Source: an uncultured Verrucomicrobiae bacterium
GTDB taxonomy: Bacteria > Verrucomicrobiota > Verrucomicrobiia > Chthoniobacterales > JAFAMB01
Direction of reading: 5' to 3'
NCBI GenBank assembly: GCA_963813025.1
Contig: CAWEXO010000009.1
Location: forward strand, 1 to 64,000
Length of the DNA: 64,000 nt
In this document: positions 57,906-64,000 of the stretch, one piece after another
Layout: the number at the start of each line of letters is the position of its first letter
How positions within the stretch are numbered: the stretch's first letter is position 1
Notes under the pieces: generated by a model
What the model was told of the DNA's origin: nothing
Seen by the model: only the letters and a program-made list of their open reading frames with translations
Databases searched by the model: none
Position numbers and translations under genes: made by a program

Positions 57906-59699
57906 ATGAATACCTCTCTTACCACTAAAACGGCCAGTCCGCGTCAGGCGCCCGAACGGGGCGAAACCATGAACGGCGCCGAGATCCTCGTCGCCTGCCT
58001 GGAGCGGGAAGGAGTAGAGGTAATCTTCGCTTATCCGGGGGGAGCCAGCATGCCGATTCATCAGGCTCTGACCAGGTCAAAGCAAATCCGAACCATTCTG
58101 CCCCGCCACGAGCAAGGCGGCGCTTTTGCGGCCGAAGGGTATGCCCGTGCTTCGGGCAAAGCGGGTGTGTGCATGGCGACCTCGGGACCGGGCGCGACCA
58201 ATCTGGTGACTGGTATCGCCGATGCCTATATGGATTCGGTGCCGCTCGTGGCGATCACCGGGCAGGTGCCTCAGGAAATGATAGGCCGAGGCGCGTTTCA
58301 GGAGACGGATTTCTTTGGCATGACTCTGCCGGTGGTCAAGCACAGCTACCTGATCATGGATATCCACGAGATTCCGCGCGTGGTGAAGGAGGCATTTCAC
58401 ATCGCGCAAACCGGTCGTCCCGGCCCAGTGGTGATCGATGTTCCCAAAAATATTCAGAATCAAACCGCGCAGCCGATTTTTCCCGCAGAAATCACCTTGC
58501 GCGGCTATCTGCTTCCGCGCAAAGCGGATGCAGTCGCGTTGAACGAAGTCATCGGGCTGATCAAATCCGCGCGTCGTCCGATGATTTACGCCGGCGGCGG
58601 GATTATCACGGCGGAAGCTGCACCCGAACTTCTGGAATTTGCCGAACAGAGTCAGATCCCGGTGGCCACGACCCTGATGGGCATCGGCGGATTTCCGGAA
58701 AATCATCCGCTCTCCCTGAAATGGCTTGGCATGCATGGCACCGTTTACGCCAATTGCGCCGTAAATGAAGCGGATCTCTTGCTCGCCTTGGGGGTTAGAT
58801 TTGACGATCGCGTGACCGGCAAGGTCGAGAAATTCGCCGAACACGGGACCATCGTTCACGTCGACATCGATTTCTCCGAGCTAAACAAGAACAAAGTCGT
58901 CAAACTCCCGATCCACAGCGATATCAAATATGCGCTGAGCGAACTGAATCGTTTGTTGCGCGAGTCCGGATTTGCCGGATCGACTGAACCGGTTCGAGCC
59001 TGGCATGAACAGATCGATCGTTGGAAGAAGCGATACCCGCTGGATTTCAACGATACGGAAGACCTGATTCAGCCTCAGTATGTCATCCGCCTCTTGCACG
59101 AACTCACCAAGGGCGACGCGATTGTGTCAACGGGGGTTGGCCAACACCAGATGTGGGCCGGGCAATATTACGATTTTACCCGATCGCGCCAGTTCATCAC
59201 CTCAGCTGGACTTGGCGCCATGGGTTTTGGGTTTCCGGCCGCGCTCGGCGCAAAAGTGGCCCATCCGGAAAAGCAGGTGATCGATATCGATGGGGACGGC
59301 TCATTCTTGATGAATATCCAGGAACTAGCCTGTGCGCATATCGAAGAGATCGCAGCCAAGGTGATCATTCTGAATAACCAGCACCTTGGCATGGTAGTTC
59401 AATGGGAAGACCGCTTCTACAAAGGAAACCGCGGCCACACTTTTCTGGGAGATCCGCGCGATCGTAAGCGCATTTATCCGGACTATGTGGAGCTTTGTTC
59501 CGGTTTTGGCGTAAAGTGTGAACGCGTTCTGCAGAAGAGAGACCTGCGTCCGGCACTGGAGCGGCTCCTGGATTCGACGGAATGCTATGTGCTCGATGTG
59601 ATGGTTCCCTATACCGAGCATGTTCTTCCAATGATTCCGTCAGGGAAAACCTATCGCGACATCATAATCGATCAGCGTCACGGCAAGTTCGAAGGCTGA
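57906..59699 (+). CDS. ilvB: Biosynthetic acetohydroxyacid synthase large subunit
   Basis: [60 protein letters not shown] at 57889-57894 just upstream. Confidence 0.96.
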   Translation: MNTSLTTKTASPRQAPERGETMNGAEILVACLEREGVEVIFAYPGGASMPIHQALTRSKQIRTILPRHEQGGAFAAEGYARASGKAGVCMATSGPGATNLVTGIADAYMDSVPLVAITGQVPQEMIGRGAFQETDFFGMTLPVVKHSYLIMDIHEIPRVVKEAFHIAQTGRPGPVVIDVPKNIQNQTAQPIFPAEITLRGYLLPRKADAVALNEVIGLIKSARRPMIYAGGGIITAEAAPELLEFAEQSQIPVATTLMGIGGFPENHPLSLKWLGMHGTVYANCAVNEADLLLALGVRFDDRVTGKVEKFAEHGTIVHVDIDFSELNKNKVVKLPIHSDIKYALSELNRLLRESGFAGSTEPVRAWHEQIDRWKKRYPLDFNDTEDLIQPQYVIRLLHELTKGDAIVSTGVGQHQMWAGQYYDFTRSRQFITSAGLGAMGFGFPAALGAKVAHPEKQVIDIDGDGSFLMNIQELACAHIEEIAAKVIILNNQHLGMVVQWEDRFYKGNRGHTFLGDPRDRKRIYPDYVELCSGFGVKCERVLQKRDLRPALERLLDSTECYVLDVMVPYTEHVLPMIPSGKTYRDIIIDQRHGKFEG

Positions 59700-59705
59700 G
59701 GTGTT

Positions 59706-60626
59706 TTAATTTTCCCTGAGCTCAAAATGCGTGATCCGGCGAAACGTCTGGTAACGGTCCTCGATTTCTTTCGGACTTAGTTCTACTAACCGATTCAAGC
59801 TAAACGACTCAACGGAGTAGCTGGCAATGACACTCCCGTGAACCACACCTTTTCGGAGGTCTTCAAAGTTGAAACGCTCTTTGCGTAATCCAGCCAGGTA
59901 ACCAGCGAATCCTCCGGCAAACGCGTCGCCTGCGCCGGTCGGGTCCACCAGGTTTTCCAGCGGAAAGGCAGCGCAACTAAAAAATTCATCTCGCGACAGC
60001 AAGAGACATCCGTGCTCGCCCTTTTTGACAGCGACGTACTTGGGACCGAGATCGAGGACTTTTCGCGCAGCTCTGATAAGATTTTCTTCCTCCGTCAGTT
60101 GACGGGCTTCGCTGTCGTTCAGCACCAGGAGATCGATTTGGGTTAACAGCTCAAGCAGCTCTGGACGCATGGTCGTAATCCAGAGATCCATTGTGTCGGC
60201 GATAACAAAACGCGGGGCGGTCGCTTGGTGCCGCACGTTTAATTGGAGGGTCGGGCTGATGTTCCCGAGCAGAATGATCGGTGTCGCGCGATAACGGTCG
60301 GGAAGTTTCGGATTGAAAGTTTCAAACACATTCAGCTCGACATGAAGCGTTCTGCGTTTGTTCATGTCGGCTTCGTATTCGCCGGTCCAGCGGAATGTCC
60401 GGCCATTGGCGATTTCCAGCCCGGCCAGGTCAATTCCGCACGAACGGAGCAGCTCGATATGCGCGGGCGGAAAATCCGATCCGACAATCCCCACCAGATT
60501 AACCGGATGAAAGAAACTGGCGCTGACGGAGGCGTACGAAGCGGACCCGCCGAGCAAATCAGCTTGTTCCTCGGTCTGGGTCTTAATCGTATCGATTGCG
60601 ACAGATCCGACAATAAGTACCGACAT
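59706..60626 (-). CDS. PfkB-family carbohydrate kinase
   Basis: LGGSASY, NDSEA, KKGEHG, DPTGAGDAFAGG. Confidence 0.95.
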   Translation of the reverse strand: MSVLIVGSVAIDTIKTQTEEQADLLGGSASYASVSASFFHPVNLVGIVGSDFPPAHIELLRSCGIDLAGLEIANGRTFRWTGEYEADMNKRRTLHVELNVFETFNPKLPDRYRATPIILLGNISPTLQLNVRHQATAPRFVIADTMDLWITTMRPELLELLTQIDLLVLNDSEARQLTEEENLIRAARKVLDLGPKYVAVKKGEHGCLLLSRDEFFSCAAFPLENLVDPTGAGDAFAGGFAGYLAGLRKERFNFEDLRKGVVHGSVIASYSVESFSLNRLVELSPKEIEDRYQTFRRITHFELREN

Positions 60627-60677
60627 GGCCGAAACGATTGGGTAATTGTGCTTGGATGGCGAGGATTTTTTAGAGTG

Positions 60678-61364
60678 ATGCCCAAAGCTTCAATCTGGGT
60701 GAAGCGTCAGGAACTACCGTGGTTGCCCGCTCGAACGATCGTGTTGAGTTTCGACGATGGGCCTAATGTCTCCGCGACCACGACCGAACGTTTGCTCGAC
60801 GTATTGGATCGAGTGGCCGTGAAAGCGGCATTTTGTGTTATCGGGTACGCCGCGGATGGGGCGCCGAATCTCGTCCGCAGGATGCAAGGCGCGGGTCATT
60901 TGTTAGTGAACCATACCTACAGCCATCGGCTCGAAAGTCTTTTTCGCACGGAAGACTTGGCAACGGAAATTCGCCGGGGCGAGGAAGCCGTGGGCAAGGC
61001 CCTGCGGACCGACAGCTATCGCAGCCGTTGGTTCCGGCCTCCGGGAGGCTGGCTGACGCCAGCGGTAAGGAAATGTCTGTCCGTCAACCACTTTAAGCTC
61101 TTACCGGTGACGCATTTTGCTTTCGATACCTGGTGCAGTCGTCAGGGCGTAAGGCGGTTGGTCGAAGCGCATTTGCGTGTGGCCCGCCGCGATAGCGGCG
61201 GTGTTTTTGTGATCCATGATGGGCTTGTTCGGTGCGGGCCCCTCGACCGGCTTTGCGATCTCTTGCCGGGCAACGACCGTTCGTGGGTACCCGACGCCAT
61301 GGAGTCTCTGATCGTTGGACTTCGGTCCGACGGCTTTTCGTTCGCTCTCCCCCCCGAGGATTGA
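60678..61364 (+). CDS. Polysaccharide deacetylase (CE4)
   Basis: SFDDGP, NHTYSH, FRPPGG, VIHD. Confidence 0.92.
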   Translation: MPKASIWVKRQELPWLPARTIVLSFDDGPNVSATTTERLLDVLDRVAVKAAFCVIGYAADGAPNLVRRMQGAGHLLVNHTYSHRLESLFRTEDLATEIRRGEEAVGKALRTDSYRSRWFRPPGGWLTPAVRKCLSVNHFKLLPVTHFAFDTWCSRQGVRRLVEAHLRVARRDSGGVFVIHDGLVRCGPLDRLCDLLPGNDRSWVPDAMESLIVGLRSDGFSFALPPED

Positions 61365-61414
61365 ACTTGCGCGCACGCCCCGAAACGGACGACGCCGTCG
61401 GGGGTACAGGTCCG

Positions 61415-62533
61415 TCAGAATGGCCACGCCGACGGGTCAGCCGGAAGATCGAACCACCCACACAGACGATGCAAAATGTAGGCAATGTCGTATGGAAAGA
61501 CGGACCACTGGGGTATTCCTCCCCGGACCCAAGCCCAGGGACTGATCAGCCAGACCAGAAAAATCCAGCTCGTGAACTGGCCGTCAAGCCGGCTCAAAAA
61601 TTCCGGATTGAGCAGCCAATACACGGCGATAAGAAAAAAAGTAGTCACCGCTAAAACGCGCGTCTGATCACCGGAGAAAGGTAATAATCCGAGCAGCCCC
61701 ACCAATGCCGTGAAAAACGGAACGGATCTCCAGCCGTATTCCGCGTACTTGATGGCGACGAGCCAACCCAGCCCAAGAACAGACCAGAGGATAGCATGGG
61801 AGTGGAAAAAGAATTGGCTCAGGAGGAGCCCGAGATGGCTTTGGATCCAGAAGATTCGCCCGGAATTTACCGAGACACCGAAAACGTGAAAAAGAACGAT
61901 GAGACCGATCTTTCCAACGATTGTCCCTCCGATCAGCGCGACCGCCCATCGAACTGAAAACTCAATTTCGGCTTTCATTCGATTGCTCAGAAATAAGGCG
62001 AGCAATACAGCGCCTGCGCCACAGAAGCTTTGCTCAAAATGCTGCATGCCCAACGCGATACCGATCAGCAGCACAAACAGAAGTTTTCGTGAAACGGCGA
62101 GCGCTAACATCATCAGCGCAAGCGTAAGCGAGTCCATCCCTAGCCAGAAATAGGAGGTCGCGGAGACCGGAAGAAGCGCGAACAGCACTAGAGAGGTGCG
62201 CGCAGCCCCGGTCGTCAATCTGGTAAACGCGACTTTCAGGAACAACGCAGTGAAGGCCAGGGAGAAAAATAGGTGGAAGATAAAGAACGACATCTGGCCC
62301 GTCGCCCCAATCCGCCAAGCCAAAAAGGGTTCGAGCCAGGACCAATAAAGATAATGAGTGTTGGGATCGGCGAAGGGATTGATGAATGGGTTAAAGGCGA
62401 TTAAGCGCGAGGAACTCAGGTCCGGGATGCACCAGATCCCGGTTTTCAGAAGAGTGACCAGCAGGATCAACAAAACAAGTTTCCAGGCCGCACTCTGGTA
62501 GATGAATCGTTCTACGAACTGTCCGACTTTCAT
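61415..62533 (-). CDS. Hypothetical polytopic membrane protein
   Basis: About 10 TM helices; ATGA overlap with the RluA gene; isolated polar residues (MDS, QHFEQ, DQTR) might indicate a GT-C-like enzyme (weak). Confidence 0.8.
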   Translation of the reverse strand: MKVGQFVERFIYQSAAWKLVLLILLVTLLKTGIWCIPDLSSSRLIAFNPFINPFADPNTHYLYWSWLEPFLAWRIGATGQMSFFIFHLFFSLAFTALFLKVAFTRLTTGAARTSLVLFALLPVSATSYFWLGMDSLTLALMMLALAVSRKLLFVLLIGIALGMQHFEQSFCGAGAVLLALFLSNRMKAEIEFSVRWAVALIGGTIVGKIGLIVLFHVFGVSVNSGRIFWIQSHLGLLLSQFFFHSHAILWSVLGLGWLVAIKYAEYGWRSVPFFTALVGLLGLLPFSGDQTRVLAVTTFFLIAVYWLLNPEFLSRLDGQFTSWIFLVWLISPWAWVRGGIPQWSVFPYDIAYILHRLCGWFDLPADPSAWPF

Positions 62534-63264
62534 CGAAGGAAATCCGCTAGATCCCGTGGAAATGGCGCCTCGAAGTCATATTGCGTGTTGCGAAAAACCA
62601 AACGGAGCCGGGTTGCATGCAGGGCTTGACGCGGCAGGAGGAGTTTTCGTTCCAGCTCGGCAGTCCAACCGGTCTGGATGAAACGGAGATAGCACGTTTC
62701 GTCCGGTCCATAGATCTTGTCGCCGACTATCGGCCAGCCGGCGAACTGCAAATGTACTCTGATCTGATGGGTGCGTCCGGTTTGCGGGACGGCCTCCAAG
62801 AGAGCAAATTTGCCCATTGGATGATCCAGCCGCCGCAACACACGGAAACGCGTCAATGCCGGCGCCCCGTTTGGGTGAACCATGCGCTTGAGATAGATGC
62901 GAGTCGGCTGGATCGAGCCTTGGCGGACAACGGGCTCCGCCACGCAAAACGCTTCTGAGACCGGAGAGCCAAACACGATGGCCTGATAAGTCTTTTCGAT
63001 TTCGCCGCGCTGCATCGCCGCATGCAATTCCTGAGCGGCCGGCCGATTTTTCGCGACCAGGACCACACCGCTTGTTTCACGGTCCAACCGATTGATCAGT
63101 GAGATTTGACCGCCATTAACAATTTCGAAGGCAAGCGTTTCCCGGAGTTGATCCCAGAGCGTCAACGCGCCCCCGGGCCCGGTCGGATGCACCATTAACG
63201 GGGCCGGCTTATTGACGACAAGGAAAGAATCGTTTTCGAAGAGAATATAGAGAGGCGAGAGCAA
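62530..63264 (-). CDS. RluA-family pseudouridine synthase
   Basis: VNKP, NRLDRETSG, TGRTHQIRVH, PIVGDKIYG, RQALHA. Confidence 0.96.
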   Translation of the reverse strand: MLSPLYILFENDSFLVVNKPAPLMVHPTGPGGALTLWDQLRETLAFEIVNGGQISLINRLDRETSGVVLVAKNRPAAQELHAAMQRGEIEKTYQAIVFGSPVSEAFCVAEPVVRQGSIQPTRIYLKRMVHPNGAPALTRFRVLRRLDHPMGKFALLEAVPQTGRTHQIRVHLQFAGWPIVGDKIYGPDETCYLRFIQTGWTAELERKLLLPRQALHATRLRLVFRNTQYDFEAPFPRDLADFLR

Positions 63265-63274
63265 CTTCTAACCT

Positions 63275-63997
63275 TCAGCGTTGAACAGGCAAGGATCCAG
63301 CCAGACTCGCGTCGTACAAATGGCCATTGTCAAGCCGCACGATTCGGCGAGCGCAGGTTGCTACTTCAGCGCTGTGCGTAACGACAACTAAGGTCCCGAC
63401 CTGTTCTTGAAAAATTCGCTCGAAGATTTCCAGTACTTTGGCGCCGTTCTCACGGTCGAGGTTTCCGGTCGGTTCGTCGGCGAGGATCAGAGAAGGTTGG
63501 TGCACGAGCGCTCGAGCAATCGCGGTTCGTTGCATTTCGCCTCCGCTGAGTTGATGGGTGAAGTGGCCGGCGCGCTGTTGCAGGCCAACCAACTCTAGCA
63601 CGGCTTCGACCCGACCCTTGACTTCGCTTTTTTTCAACTTCTGCAACTCGAGAGGCAGGGCGACATTTTCGAAAACGTTGAGCATCGGCAAGAGGTTGAA
63701 AAACTGGAAGATAATCCCAAGCCGGCGCAAACGGTAATCGGTGAGTTCTCGATCGGATGCCTGCGCCAAAGACATGCGATCGACTACGATCTCGCCTTCG
63801 TCGGGGCGATCCAACCCGCCGAGCAAATGCAATAAGGTGCTTTTACCGGAGCCGGATTCACCAGTGATCGCCACAAAATCATACTTCGAGATAGAGAGAG
63901 TAAGCCGGTCGAGCGCGATCACCAGATTGTCACCCTGTCCATAACGGCGAGTAACGTTTCTGATGGTGATGAACTGCTCGCCTTCGGGACGTTTCAC
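63275..63997 (-). CDS. ABC transporter ATP-binding protein (LolD/MacB-like)
   Basis: [33 protein letters not shown]; the start may lie at or beyond the window edge. Confidence 0.95.
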   Translation of the reverse strand: MKRPEGEQFITIRNVTRRYGQGDNLVIALDRLTLSISKYDFVAITGESGSGKSTLLHLLGGLDRPDEGEIVVDRMSLAQASDRELTDYRLRRLGIIFQFFNLLPMLNVFENVALPLELQKLKKSEVKGRVEAVLELVGLQQRAGHFTHQLSGGEMQRTAIARALVHQPSLILADEPTGNLDRENGAKVLEIFERIFQEQVGTLVVVTHSAEVATCARRIVRLDNGHLYDASLAGSLPVQR

Positions 63998-64000
63998 GTT

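Noticed and set aside
35496..58859. Long antisense ORFs (e.g. 35496-36302, 47262-48008, 58077-58859)
   Set aside because: Shadows of well-supported genes in GC-rich DNA with no motifs of their own.
60243..60677. N-terminal extension of the deacetylase ORF
   Set aside because: Antisense overlap with the PfkB gene; the CE4 motifs fit a start at 60678.

Overview
Bacterial chromosomal window of moderately high GC. Gene content and style (Tat-exported SOD, S46 peptidase, porin-like beta-barrel, few Shine-Dalgarno motifs, abundant intergenic 6/7/9-mer and REP-like repeats) suggest a Verrucomicrobiota-like organism (inference only). Bases 1-24 kb are accessory: a frameshifted IS1380; a ~550-bp non-coding module present twice (1117-1680 and 13573-14104), each copy with a TGT-N10-ACA site, a sigma54 -24/-12 promoter, a short ORF and a DnaA-type box; a 7-gene glycosylation/export cluster (GT2 fused to a receiver-like domain, GT4, flippase-like protein, HlyD adaptor, TPR-like membrane protein, very large GT-C, exported alpha/alpha-toroid protein); pseudogene debris; a secreted beta-propeller plus outer-membrane barrel; a sugar ABC transporter; and a frameshifted acetolactate synthase whose 3' end recurs 9 kb away. 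Bases 24.6-64 kb are mostly intact housekeeping genes (recG, degP-like, corA, SLT, priA, LolC/E-like, lysS, argH, tatC, udgX, miaB, M24 peptidase, UvrD/Rep helicase, sodA, ilvB, PfkB kinase, RluA), interrupted by one IS (CTAG duplication, DUF6788-like passenger) inside a serine-hydrolase remnant. No tRNA, rRNA or CRISPR was seen. The best candidate for an undescribed system is the duplicated sigma54 module with the glycosylation/export cluster and secreted-protein unit it precedes. All family assignments come from motif recognition by eye, not database searches.
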